The translations under genes were made by a program, and so were the position numbers. Below are positions 18,924-28,127 of a DNA stretch of 64,000 nt, in pieces. The stretch is from Escherichia phage vB_EcoM_phAPEC6: the sequence record MK817115.1; one strand, 5' to 3'. The stretch's first letter is position 1. Each line of letters opens with the position of its first letter. A model generated the notes under the pieces. It ran no database searches and was not told the origin of the DNA. It was given only the letters and a program-made list of their open reading frames with translations.

Positions 18924-21620
18924 TTACCAGTTTATGGTTCCTGTTTGTGATGGTAGACCGTAGCTAACTGGGAACGATGAACCTGCTGATTCAAGTGAAG
19001 CACCAAATATATCTAAACGGGAACGTTTTTGTATATTAATTGTTTCGATTTGAATTGCATTAGTTTGAATTGTACCTATCCAAAAAATATTATATGCAGT
19101 TGTCCCTGTTTCAGAAATAACATCAGTAGTTATGTAATAGTTTGCCAATCCTTGTTCCAATTTAACATATACATAAAATGTTGTATTTGCTGGATTAGAC
19201 TTAATAGTTCTCAAATCAATATTTGAAACTGGTAGTGAAAATGACTTACCTGAAAGAATAACTGGTGTTTCCTCTGTAAAATATACAATAAACCCTTGAG
19301 CAACGTCCTGGGATACTACGTTAATTGGGCTACCTTGTGCAGTCCAGTTATTATAGTCTGCAATCGTTGTTCCATATTTTTTGAATGTCATTTTATTTGA
19401 GTAATCCATTGGTTCAAAAATTCCAAAACCAATACCAGGTAATGCTGCTGGTTGACTTCCTTGTTCATAACTGGCATGAGATCCAGTAATTATAAAACTT
19501 GTAAATTGTGCAGTTGATTTAGTTACATATGCTCTAAATTGATGAGTTGCAGTATTACCTATTGTTGGATGTGATAATGGGTCAGAACCACCAATGAAGT
19601 AGAATGAACCACCATCATATATGGTCAAACCAACAGAAGAAGATGCAATCGAACCATTCCCAGTTGGTGTAAAGTTATCACCATACGTATTCTCAAGTAC
19701 TAAACGCTTAAATGTAATAGATGTAATATTACCAACTCTAGTATTGACATTAACTTCAGCAATTCTAATATAGTTTCTATAATCATTAGTAATTGTACTC
19801 AACATAACAAAAGCTGGAATGTCTGTTTGTTGTGGAACAAATAGTGTCATATCACGGTATGCTTGTGCTGATAAATTCCAATCACTTAGAACTTTGGCAT
19901 ATTCAGTATTTCTAAAATTGTCCAGTACTGATTGTGTAACGCTTATAATTCCTGTGCCATTTAAGTTTTTATCATAGGATAATGATTGTGAATAACGTTG
20001 CCCAACCATAAAAATACCACCATTGGTTGTGACAGTTGACCCAGAAATACTACTAATAAAAATTCTATTATTTGCATTATCATCAACATTAGCACGTTCA
20101 ACTGTAGGTTCATAACCTTGTATTGTTCCTAAAGATAATGATTTAAATGTAAAATTAGGAGTACTTTTATGAACTGCATATGATGGTCTAAATCCACCAC
20201 TACCTGATGCACGTGAATATTGTTTAGTACTGTTATCTGGTAGTAATTCTACACCATTAATAAATGAACCAACCGCTGAACCAAAAGACGGGCGAACTAT
20301 ACCACCTTTGAAGTCAGTAGAAAGTACAGCACGGACATTCAGCATACTATAAACTATTTGAATAGGAAACTTAGCTTTTTGCATAAGTAATGGTTCTGCT
20401 AAGTTTGGACATGTAGTACAAAAAGCTTCACCAGAATTCAAATAAAAATATGAACTATAAATGTTTCTTGCATTTGCATGGTTATACAATGGATCGTTAT
20501 TTAAAACGTTACCAGTAGGAACTAATGCCGAACCAGTATTAGTTATAACTAATGGTGCTTGATATGAACCAATATCGTTACCCGCATCTAATGTACATTG
20601 TTTAGTACTCATATTGAACACAAAACTGTAACTATGCTGTGGACGTGTATTATATGTTGCCATTGTAAACCAAGCGTCCCCGTTCATTCTAAAGCGGAAA
20701 TTCTGCGTTCCTGGCTGCTGTGCAACATATAAATCAATTGATGTCATGTAAATCCCAATACCACGTAGATTTTGTGGAACATACACATAAGGTTTATCAG
20801 CAATATTTGTTGATGTTACCTGATTAGTAATAACCATATTATTTTGTGCAGAATATGTCGTGTTATAAAATGTTTTAGTAGTCCATCCAGTAATTCGAGT
20901 TGCAGTATAAGTACCATTGCTTATATTATAAACAACTTTTACAACAACTAATTGTAGTTGGTTATTTTCATTAAGTACGTTAAAAACATATATAGAACCA
21001 TCTTCTGCCATCATAGCATATTCAATACCACCTTCAGGTGATATATCTGCTTGGTTAACGAAAAAACCAGTATGCAATTTATCATCTAATGTACCATTGG
21101 TAATTGATATGAACAAACCATTAGTACTGTTAGAAGTATCAATATATCTACCGAGTAAAATATTTGGATCAGTATTGTATAAACCAATCGCAACTCTATT
21201 TGAACCAAAAAACCCAGGCTTGTATTGACGACTAGTGTTAATTGTACGGCTCATGTCATCAACTGATAATGCGTTAGCCAAATATGAATAAAATAATCCC
21301 TCAACACTACCGTTTGTCCCACTACGTAAAAGTACTAGTGTACCATCGTTTTCTAATAAAATTTTATTTCTACGTTGTGACTGGTTTTCTGATGCACCAT
21401 TGAAATCCCCAGAAACACCCGCAGGTAGATAGTTTTGTGAACCATAATGGGAGATTGGCATCATACTTACTATATCTAGTACTTCATCTCTGGAATAAGT
21501 ATCTAATTCCAAGTTACCGTTGGAATCAAAAACTTGTTCATTTATTCCTTGAATTGTTCTTTTACCATTAACTGTCACATTATGTGTGACATCTAAGCCA
21601 CCATATATTTTCTTTGACAT
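18924..21620 (-). CDS. tail fiber protein
   Basis: 898 aa; paralogous to 15579..18308; T4-type late promoter upstream. Confidence 0.55.
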   Translation of the reverse strand: MSKKIYGGLDVTHNVTVNGKRTIQGINEQVFDSNGNLELDTYSRDEVLDIVSMMPISHYGSQNYLPAGVSGDFNGASENQSQRRNKILLENDGTLVLLRSGTNGSVEGLFYSYLANALSVDDMSRTINTSRQYKPGFFGSNRVAIGLYNTDPNILLGRYIDTSNSTNGLFISITNGTLDDKLHTGFFVNQADISPEGGIEYAMMAEDGSIYVFNVLNENNQLQLVVVKVVYNISNGTYTATRITGWTTKTFYNTTYSAQNNMVITNQVTSTNIADKPYVYVPQNLRGIGIYMTSIDLYVAQQPGTQNFRFRMNGDAWFTMATYNTRPQHSYSFVFNMSTKQCTLDAGNDIGSYQAPLVITNTGSALVPTGNVLNNDPLYNHANARNIYSSYFYLNSGEAFCTTCPNLAEPLLMQKAKFPIQIVYSMLNVRAVLSTDFKGGIVRPSFGSAVGSFINGVELLPDNSTKQYSRASGSGGFRPSYAVHKSTPNFTFKSLSLGTIQGYEPTVERANVDDNANNRIFISSISGSTVTTNGGIFMVGQRYSQSLSYDKNLNGTGIISVTQSVLDNFRNTEYAKVLSDWNLSAQAYRDMTLFVPQQTDIPAFVMLSTITNDYRNYIRIAEVNVNTRVGNITSITFKRLVLENTYGDNFTPTGNGSIASSSVGLTIYDGGSFYFIGGSDPLSHPTIGNTATHQFRAYVTKSTAQFTSFIITGSHASYEQGSQPAALPGIGFGIFEPMDYSNKMTFKKYGTTIADYNNWTAQGSPINVVSQDVAQGFIVYFTEETPVILSGKSFSLPVSNIDLRTIKSNPANTTFYVYVKLEQGLANYYITTDVISETGTTAYNIFWIGTIQTNAIQIETINIQKRSRLDIFGASLESAGSSFPVSYGLPSQTGTINW

Positions 21621-21653
21621 TATATATCCCTTATAAATTAGATATTAGTTAAT

Positions 21654-21661
21654 GTATTTAT
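21654..21661 (-). promoter_or_regulatory. T4-type late promoter TATAAATA
   Basis: Plus TATTTATA = minus TATAAATA, about 34 nt upstream of the ATG at 21620. Confidence 0.45.
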
Positions 21662-21669
21662 ATACATAA

Positions 21670-21692
21670 TAAAAAAGCACCCAACGGGTGCT
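21670..21692 (-). terminator. rho-independent terminator after nrdG
   Basis: Stem AGCACCC/GGGTGCT, loop AAC, A-run 21671-21675 on plus. Confidence 0.5.
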
Positions 21693-21696
21693 TATG

Positions 21697-22167
21697 CTAA
21701 AAATCTTTATTTTTATATAGTATTCTTTGATTATTTGAACCACGGAAAGGTAATTTTAAATTCTTTTCGGACTCAATAAACTTACCATCAACTAATACAT
21801 CTAAGTACTGAAGTATATCTTTAGCATGATTTTTCATAATCTCATCTAAAGTATACCCACTCCAGCACCAAATAGTTTTACTAGGATAAGTTTCTTTAAC
21901 TACTTTGCATAGATTTAAAACTTCATCTATATTCTTTTTCATTAATGGATCGCCGCCTAGAAGTGACAAACCACTAACATATGGTTTTTTTAGTTCCTGT
22001 AGTATAATCTCAACTGTTTCAGTACTGAACAATTGACCACTTCTGTAATCCCATGCTTCTTCATTGAAGCAACCATCACATCCGTGCGAACACCCACTAA
22101 CAAATAAAGAGCAGCGAACGCCCTCTCCATTTACTAAATCATCCTTGATTATCGTCTGGTAATTCAT
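21697..22167 (-). CDS. nrdG: anaerobic ribonucleotide reductase activating protein (radical SAM)
   Basis: 156 aa; CSHGCDGC cluster; adjacent to nrdD. Confidence 0.85.
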   Translation of the reverse strand: MNYQTIIKDDLVNGEGVRCSLFVSGCSHGCDGCFNEEAWDYRSGQLFSTETVEIILQELKKPYVSGLSLLGGDPLMKKNIDEVLNLCKVVKETYPSKTIWCWSGYTLDEIMKNHAKDILQYLDVLVDGKFIESEKNLKLPFRGSNNQRILYKNKDF

Positions 22168-22471
22168 CTAATATTGCACTCACTATTTCGACAAGAACAT
22201 CGCCGTGACATGATTTTGGTTTACAGAAACAACCAAGGCGTTTCCCTGCGAGTTCAAGTAATTCATCAATCTTAACTTCTCCACAAGAAATACGTTCAAT
22301 AATGTATTCTCTGAATTTTTCAATTGATTCTTCTCTTGTACTAACAATGAACTCGGCTTTGGTTTGTTTATCTTTAATATGGGTAAATGGGTTTCCCCAT
22401 TTAGACCCACGTCCAATATACACATCATACGGTTCTTTGTATTTGTTAACCACAATTGGCTTTAAATCCAT
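22139..22471 (-). CDS. conserved phage protein (DUF4326-like)
   Basis: 110 aa; YDVYIGRGSKWGNPF motif; sits between nrdD and nrdG. Confidence 0.45.
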   Translation of the reverse strand: MDLKPIVVNKYKEPYDVYIGRGSKWGNPFTHIKDKQTKAEFIVSTREESIEKFREYIIERISCGEVKIDELLELAGKRLGCFCKPKSCHGDVLVEIVSAILDELPDDNQG

Positions 22472-22479
22472 AATTTACC

Positions 22480-24348
22480 TTATTTGTGCTGAATACGCTC
22501 ACAACACTCTTGTTGCTTGCCTTTATTGAAGCCACGCGAAGAAGGATTACCCAAGTACCCAGAAACACGACGAATCACTGAGATTGTCTTCTCATTACGA
22601 TTATCACATACAGGACAGTGGAAACCATGTTTATCTACACTGAACTCACCCTGGAAGCCACATTCATAACAATGGTCAACTGGTTGGTTAATACCAAAAT
22701 ATGGTATCTTAGTGTACGCATAGTTAACTAATGTTTCAAGTGCTTGAATGTTGTTTGCTAAGTTTGGAGATTCAACATAACTGATGTTTCCACCGTTACT
22801 TAGGTAAGCAAACCCTTCTTCATAACTCCATTTATCAAATGGAGAACTTTCTACCCATACTGGTTGATGGAAGGAATTTGTGATGTAATCACGTTTTAGT
22901 ACTGAAGGATATTTTGCTTCAATGCAACGTGCAAATTTATAACAAAGCGACTCTGCTGGAGTTCCATATAGACTAAAAGCAATATTACTTTCTTTTTTGA
23001 ACTCATCACATTTTACTTTCATATAATTCAGTACTGACATACAAAACTCCTTACTGATAGAACCAGTGAGGATTTCTGAACATTCAACAAGACCAACATA
23101 ACCAATACTAATACTAGCATAACCATTGTAAAATAGCTTGTCAATAGTTTCTTCTGCACCTAAACGTGCTAATGCACCTTCCATGAACAAAATTGGATTC
23201 TGCTTCGCTTTAGTGCCTTTTAAACGCTCCACACGGTTCATCTGAGCACGATATGCAATATTCATATGCTCGTCTATCTTATCAAAAAACTCTCCATCAG
23301 AATCACTCTCAAGAGCAATTAGAGGTAAATTGATAGAAACCACACCTAAATTGAAACGACCGTTGTATTGTTCATTTCCATTTGAATCTTCCCATTTTCC
23401 TAAGAATGAACGACATCCCATCGGTGTTACAGCAGTACTACTACTTCCCGTCACTTTGTGATTTAATGGAACTGAAACAAAGTCTGGGTAGATTCGTTTT
23501 GATGCACAACGCATAGCTAACTGTTTAAGGTCATAATTACTATCATTGGTATTCATGTTTATACCATCTTGTAAAAAGAAAATTACTTTAGGAAACACTG
23601 GAGTAATCTTATCTTTACCTAAACCATTCTCATGAACTTTTAAGTACTGTTCAGTGATTAATTTACCAAATTTAGAAGTATTAAGCCCTAAACTAAGAGA
23701 AATGAATGCAGCTTGTCCATTAGTGCTAATCATTGAATTAGTCTGGTAAAGTAATGTTTGACATCCATCGTATACTTCTTTTCGTAATTCTTCTTCAATG
23801 AACTCATCACTTAGATTATATTTCTTTTGTTTTTCTAACAGCTTATCCCATGACTTTTGAACGTAAGGTTCTAAACCGACATCAATGTGAGCCAACGATT
23901 GACCGCCGTATTGGGAACTAGCTACAGCTTGTACAATCTGTGTCAGTACTGTACATGCTACACTAAAACTCTTTGGTTCTTCAATTTTGGCACAACCAAT
24001 GGTAAATCCATTTTTTAGCATATCTGGGTAGTTAACTAAGCAACAGTTGGTTAATGGGCTGATATAGTAGTCTAAATCATGAATATGACCATAACCATCA
24101 TTATGCCACTGCATTAGCTCATTTGGAATAACATCTTGTGAATAATGCTTAGATAGGATACCTGCAAGTAAATCCCTGTGTGTATTGACGCATTTCGCAT
24201 CTTTGTTCGCATTTTCGTTGGTAAGATCAGTATTGCTCTGATTGAGGAAATTCGTTACGTCAGTATATAATTTATCTAATTGCATTGTACATTCCTTGTA
24301 TTTTGAAATCATCTGGGGGTGAAGATATTTAATATCACCAGACAACAT
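22480..24348 (-). CDS. nrdD: anaerobic ribonucleoside-triphosphate reductase
   Basis: 622 aa; C-terminal glycyl-radical motif RVSGYLG and Cys cluster CYECG...CPVC; uninterrupted (no intron). Confidence 0.9.
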   Translation of the reverse strand: MLSGDIKYLHPQMISKYKECTMQLDKLYTDVTNFLNQSNTDLTNENANKDAKCVNTHRDLLAGILSKHYSQDVIPNELMQWHNDGYGHIHDLDYYISPLTNCCLVNYPDMLKNGFTIGCAKIEEPKSFSVACTVLTQIVQAVASSQYGGQSLAHIDVGLEPYVQKSWDKLLEKQKKYNLSDEFIEEELRKEVYDGCQTLLYQTNSMISTNGQAAFISLSLGLNTSKFGKLITEQYLKVHENGLGKDKITPVFPKVIFFLQDGINMNTNDSNYDLKQLAMRCASKRIYPDFVSVPLNHKVTGSSSTAVTPMGCRSFLGKWEDSNGNEQYNGRFNLGVVSINLPLIALESDSDGEFFDKIDEHMNIAYRAQMNRVERLKGTKAKQNPILFMEGALARLGAEETIDKLFYNGYASISIGYVGLVECSEILTGSISKEFCMSVLNYMKVKCDEFKKESNIAFSLYGTPAESLCYKFARCIEAKYPSVLKRDYITNSFHQPVWVESSPFDKWSYEEGFAYLSNGGNISYVESPNLANNIQALETLVNYAYTKIPYFGINQPVDHCYECGFQGEFSVDKHGFHCPVCDNRNEKTISVIRRVSGYLGNPSSRGFNKGKQQECCERIQHK

Positions 24349-24423
24349 TATAGCGTCAGAACAGGTTATTTCTCTTGACCTATATCAAGGAAAAGTCACA
24401 TTGGTTTTTATTTGCACAAATAG

Positions 24424-24444
24424 AAAAAGCACCACTAGGGTGCT
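24424..24444 (-). terminator. rho-independent terminator-like hairpin
   Basis: Stem AGCACC/GGTGCT, loop ACTA, preceded on plus by A-run. Confidence 0.35.
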
Positions 24445-24561
24445 TTAAAGTACTGCTAATATAACAACTGCCCAAATTAACAGTAATACATTGGTTGGTG
24501 CGGAAAAAAGCATATATGCAGCAAGTGCACTACAACCTATGACAAGTTTAGCTAGTCTCAT
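24445..24561 (-). CDS. small hydrophobic peptide (38 aa)
   Basis: Unlisted ORF MRLAKLVIGCSALAAYMLFSAPTNVLLLIWAVVILAVL; start overlaps end of upstream ORF; below track size cutoff. Confidence 0.3.
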   Translation of the reverse strand: MRLAKLVIGCSALAAYMLFSAPTNVLLLIWAVVILAVL

Positions 24562-24733
24562 CTGGACTCCATGTAATAGTCACTGTGAAAGTGCCTTCCT
24601 GAAAACCAAACTCATCTTGTGGGATTTGTTCAGCTAATGGGTTAAATCTTGAATCGAAGGCTTCATGTACGTCTCTTTGAATATCATAGAGACTTTCACC
24701 ATCGTATTCTTTTTTGAAGATTTCATTCTGCAT
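24548..24733 (-). CDS. hypothetical protein
   Basis: 61 aa ORF. Confidence 0.35.
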   Translation of the reverse strand: MQNEIFKKEYDGESLYDIQRDVHEAFDSRFNPLAEQIPQDEFGFQEGTFTVTITWSPDETS

Positions 24734-25133
24734 TTAAACGTAACGACCCTCGGATTGTATATGGATAATTATCTAATAGATCGATTAGTCTATTAAATGT
24801 ATGAGTACTGATGAATGGATGTTTCTTAGCTAGTTCAATGCGTTTTTCAAAATCCATTATTGTAATCTCGGTTCTATTGAAACTACCTTTACGTCTGTAC
24901 GTTAGTAAACGCTCTTTATGTCCATCAAGCTGGAAATCAAAATATGTTGTTGCATTATAATCACTATCATCACTGATAGGCTTTGAAAGATCCAGATTAT
25001 ACGTAGTTCCAATCGCAAAAAAGTATCCACCATCTTCCAATGGAATATCTTTGTCGCTTAGATTGAAATCTGTTTCATCACCTAGTATATCAAATATCTT
25101 GATACTTAGTGACATAAATTCATCAGCTAACAT
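24723..25133 (-). CDS. hypothetical protein
   Basis: 136 aa ORF. Confidence 0.4.
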   Translation of the reverse strand: MLADEFMSLSIKIFDILGDETDFNLSDKDIPLEDGGYFFAIGTTYNLDLSKPISDDSDYNATTYFDFQLDGHKERLLTYRRKGSFNRTEITIMDFEKRIELAKKHPFISTHTFNRLIDLLDNYPYTIRGSLRLNAE

Positions 25134-25144
25134 TTCTTTTTACC

Positions 25145-25363
25145 TTATTTGATAACTCTACAGTAGTACTGAATAATGTAAGGAAATAAAGGATTATTTA
25201 CGTATGTTGCAAAATTAGCTATTGTAACTTTTTTATAGTACGAATTATGAATTGTTATAAGAGTGTGGGGGTCTATTGATTCTCTATTAGAGAGTTCAAC
25301 ATAACGCCCACACTTCATATAAGCCTTACCATAATAATCGTAAATTATCTCGTATTTTTCCAT
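25145..25363 (-). CDS. hypothetical protein
   Basis: 72 aa ORF. Confidence 0.35.
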   Translation of the reverse strand: MEKYEIIYDYYGKAYMKCGRYVELSNRESIDPHTLITIHNSYYKKVTIANFATYVNNPLFPYIIQYYCRVIK

Positions 25364-25768
25364 TTATTCAGGATCTTTATTTTTATCAACTGTGTTGTTT
25401 TTATTCAAATCAATTTGCAAAGCCATTGCAGCTTCAGCATTTTCTTCATGTGTGCCATTGAATTTATACCCATTCTTGATGAGATTCACGGTGTAGTACT
25501 TATTATAAAGAAATGCCCATACAACCATTGCAATTGTACCCACAATCCAAAATGACACTGCGTTGAGGATGAAGTAAATTACGAATGCACCGATGAACGT
25601 AATAAAGTCACCACGAAACAATGCAGGGAACGGTCCAAAGAATAATGTTGTCCAAGAAAAACCAAAGAAACCATCTTTGCGTTGTCCTACATTTTCATTT
25701 TTTAAAGAAATTGTTTTAGCCATTTTTAATCTCCTACTTTTTATTTGGGTTTGGTATACAGTACACAA
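25364..25768 (-). CDS. membrane protein
   Basis: 134 aa; hydrophobic segments FFGPFPALF and FIGAFVIYFILNAVSFWIVGTIAMVVWAFL. Confidence 0.4.
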   Translation of the reverse strand: MCTVYQTQIKSRRLKMAKTISLKNENVGQRKDGFFGFSWTTLFFGPFPALFRGDFITFIGAFVIYFILNAVSFWIVGTIAMVVWAFLYNKYYTVNLIKNGYKFNGTHEENAEAAMALQIDLNKNNTVDKNKDPE

Positions 25769-26003
25769 ATACTAAATGATTAAAATGTTCTGTATTCGCA
25801 TACTTTGCTAAGTCGGTTATGAGGAAGTTTGTATCTTTAAATCTGCCATCATTGTATGTTGTGATTTGAAAACGTAGTTCCGGTGCAAAAATATAATAAT
25901 AGAATATATCATTTACACACCCAACAGTATGCTTAGCATATCTTTCAATTTTCATGTGTGGATAATCTCTTTCACCCCATATTCTTTTATTGCTAATGAG
26001 CAA
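25734..26003 (-). CDS. hypothetical protein
   Basis: 89 aa ORF. Confidence 0.35.
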   Translation of the reverse strand: MLISNKRIWGERDYPHMKIERYAKHTVGCVNDIFYYYIFAPELRFQITTYNDGRFKDTNFLITDLAKYANTEHFNHLVFVYCIPNPNKK

Positions 26004-26320
26004 ATTTCACATGGTTTAGCCGGAACAGGAATTCCATCTTTACTTATCCGTGCAATCAGTAAAGTATGAACATCAGCACGAGCAGCCAGTAAACATGAAA
26101 TTTCAGCATGAAGAAACTCACCTTGCGGTCGCCCAGCACGAATGGCGAAACCCTTCTGTACTGGGTGAGTCTGTGTATAAGAATTTGTGCGAGTTGCCAG
26201 TACTCTACCTTTTTTATCAAGTGCACGAGCAATAACACGATACCGTTTGTAATTTCCTACTTGTTCAATAGGTGGCATCTGGCGTAATTCTTCGATTAGT
26301 TTCTCCAATTTACTATTCAT
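25952..26320 (-). CDS. cytidine/deoxycytidylate deaminase-fold zinc enzyme
   Basis: 122 aa; HAEISCL and PCEICS zinc-binding motifs of the CDA fold. Confidence 0.5.
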   Translation of the reverse strand: MNSKLEKLIEELRQMPPIEQVGNYKRYRVIARALDKKGRVLATRTNSYTQTHPVQKGFAIRAGRPQGEFLHAEISCLLAARADVHTLLIARISKDGIPVPAKPCEICSLAIKEYGVKEIIHT

Positions 26321-26943
26321 AAGTCTAAGTCTATACCCTTTTCAATAGATTTCTCTAGAACCCAAAGTTTACATTCTTCACTCTCCAAATGTATCTTTGC
26401 CTCTTTCTGTTGTTCTATTGTACAAGACATTATGAATTCACGCAAGGCTTCTATCGTATTTTTTAAATTTTTTATATCATCGATGATTTTTTCTTTGGTT
26501 TCTTCATCGATTACACATGAACTCCAACTGTGTCGTTCCTCCCAAACAGTTTTAGTAGGATTAAAAATTGATGGAGTAGATTTGAATGCATGGATCTTAT
26601 TAAATGTGTTATCTGCTTCTTGTTGGGTGTAATCACCATATGTGTTTAGCACATTTTTGTATAATTTATCAATCGCCTCTTCATACGTATCACCACCACA
26701 ATCCAATTGATAATCATGTGCTTGTACCCATTCGTCGTCTTGCTCAATATACATTGGTGAAAGAAATTCTACCCAAAATTGAGTCTTTGTATTCAATGCT
26801 TTGAAATCTTCAATTCGATTTGTCATTGGACACACATCATGAGGTTCTATATCAATCCTAGCTGGAACCATATCTTTGTTTATGAATTTAGGATGAGCCA
26901 AAATCCACCAGTACTTTTCAGATGTAGTCATAGTAATCTCCAA
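26317..26943 (-). CDS. hypothetical protein
   Basis: 208 aa ORF. Confidence 0.45.
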   Translation of the reverse strand: MEITMTTSEKYWWILAHPKFINKDMVPARIDIEPHDVCPMTNRIEDFKALNTKTQFWVEFLSPMYIEQDDEWVQAHDYQLDCGGDTYEEAIDKLYKNVLNTYGDYTQQEADNTFNKIHAFKSTPSIFNPTKTVWEERHSWSSCVIDEETKEKIIDDIKNLKNTIEALREFIMSCTIEQQKEAKIHLESEECKLWVLEKSIEKGIDLDL

Positions 26944-26977
26944 TTAAAAAGTACTGCCCACTGTGGTAGTACTGATA

Positions 26978-27337
26978 TTAAATGTAACGTTTCTTTTTAT
27001 AATCATACCCTACTGCTTTGTAAAAATCAAACAAAGAAGCATGTTCAAATGTAGGTAATAAGTCATATGGGTGCTGATAGTTCGCAATACCAACAATAGC
27101 CAGCATTGATTCAGCAGTTCTTACGTTCTCACTATCCCATTCATCCAAACGCCACAGTGAGCAAAGTACCTCTCGTTCATGTTGCTTACCCAGAAAGAAT
27201 CCAGCTTCACGGTCACGAAATGCACCTACACTTATAGTACTTTTGTACCAGTCTTTTTCACCATATAATGGCATACGGATAATATGTTTTTCTTTAGCTT
27301 CTCCAAAGCGATGAAGAAATGCTACATAATCACTCAT
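26978..27337 (-). CDS. hypothetical protein
   Basis: 119 aa ORF. Confidence 0.4.
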   Translation of the reverse strand: MSDYVAFLHRFGEAKEKHIIRMPLYGEKDWYKSTISVGAFRDREAGFFLGKQHEREVLCSLWRLDEWDSENVRTAESMLAIVGIANYQHPYDLLPTFEHASLFDFYKAVGYDYKKKRYI

Positions 27338-27504
27338 AATTTATAACCCATTACAGGTTTGGTATGTTCCGGTTCGTAAGACTTTTCAGTACTGAACCCG
27401 CTGAAATTACCACGATCTGGATTCGGGCAAGCCATCCCTTGTACTGAATGCTTACCCTTATCTTTGCCACAATTTTTACATTTGTAGTCAATTACTTCTT
27501 TCAT
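27334..27504 (-). CDS. small Cys-containing protein (56 aa)
   Basis: Unlisted ORF MKEVIDYKCKNCGKDKGKHSVQGMACPNPD...; ATGA-type overlaps with both neighbours. Confidence 0.35.
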   Translation of the reverse strand: MKEVIDYKCKNCGKDKGKHSVQGMACPNPDRGNFSGFSTEKSYEPEHTKPVMGYKL

Positions 27505-27734
27505 TGTGCATCCTTCGGAACAGTATTAAGACGTTTGCGATTCACAATCTTCCTGCACATGAGATTAAGATCTTGCCCATGACGCATAGTATGACATGCG
27601 TATAGTGTTCCTTGGTGATTTAGTTTTGTTAAACCTTGACGGATGATTTCAGCATCCATCTCATCAACTTTAGGAGCACAACCACAGAGAATAATGGATA
27701 CAAATATTGTTAATGTAATGAATATATTTTTCAT
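27501..27734 (-). CDS. lipoprotein
   Basis: 77 aa; signal peptide with lipobox ILCGC. Confidence 0.45.
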   Translation of the reverse strand: MKNIFITLTIFVSIILCGCAPKVDEMDAEIIRQGLTKLNHQGTLYACHTMRHGQDLNLMCRKIVNRKRLNTVPKDAQ

Positions 27735-27746
27735 GATATTTTTTTC

Positions 27747-28127
27747 TCATTTAGTAAAACACGAATTATTACTGATAAGTTCATCAAGTACGTTTTGTAC
27801 TTCGATAGAATTAATATCAACTTTGTAATAATTATAGTTTTTAACTCTAAAATGTTCTTTTGATATATCAACTTTAAATTCAATAATATCAAGATTACCA
27901 ATAAAATCAGACTTATCAGTTCTTAAATCCAAAATACCTAATTCCGGTTTTTGTGGTTTACATAAAATCAAACCAAATTTATTTTCTTCAAATGCCTGAT
28001 TAAACATATCATAATAATCACTAATAACAAATCTAATATTATCAGTGCTTAACTTTCCTGATTTTCCTTTTTTATAAACAGAAACAATGTTTAGTTCAAA
28101 GGTTTTACCAAAGCGTGTGATTTTCAT
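27747..28127 (-). CDS. hypothetical protein
   Basis: 126 aa ORF. Confidence 0.4.
   Translation of the reverse strand: MKITRFGKTFELNIVSVYKKGKSGKLSTDNIRFVISDYYDMFNQAFEENKFGLILCKPQKPELGILDLRTDKSDFIGNLDIIEFKVDISKEHFRVKNYNYYKVDINSIEVQNVLDELISNNSCFTK

Noticed and set aside
15579-21620. Diversity-generating retroelement targeting the tail-fiber C-termini
   Set aside because: No reverse transcriptase ORF (no YxDD motif) and no template/variable repeat pair near the fiber genes; the shared C-terminal module reflects paralogy across three genes.
22183-22455. Alternative-frame ORF 22183..22455 overlapping 22139..22471
   Set aside because: Same locus, different frame; the 110-aa frame has the conserved YDVYIGRGSKWGNPF motif and proper overlap with nrdG, so the 90-aa frame is taken as spurious.
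24349-24360. TATAAT hexamer at the nrdD 5' end as a promoter
   Set aside because: The hexamer contains the nrdD start codon itself (TATA-ATG); not an independent -10 element.
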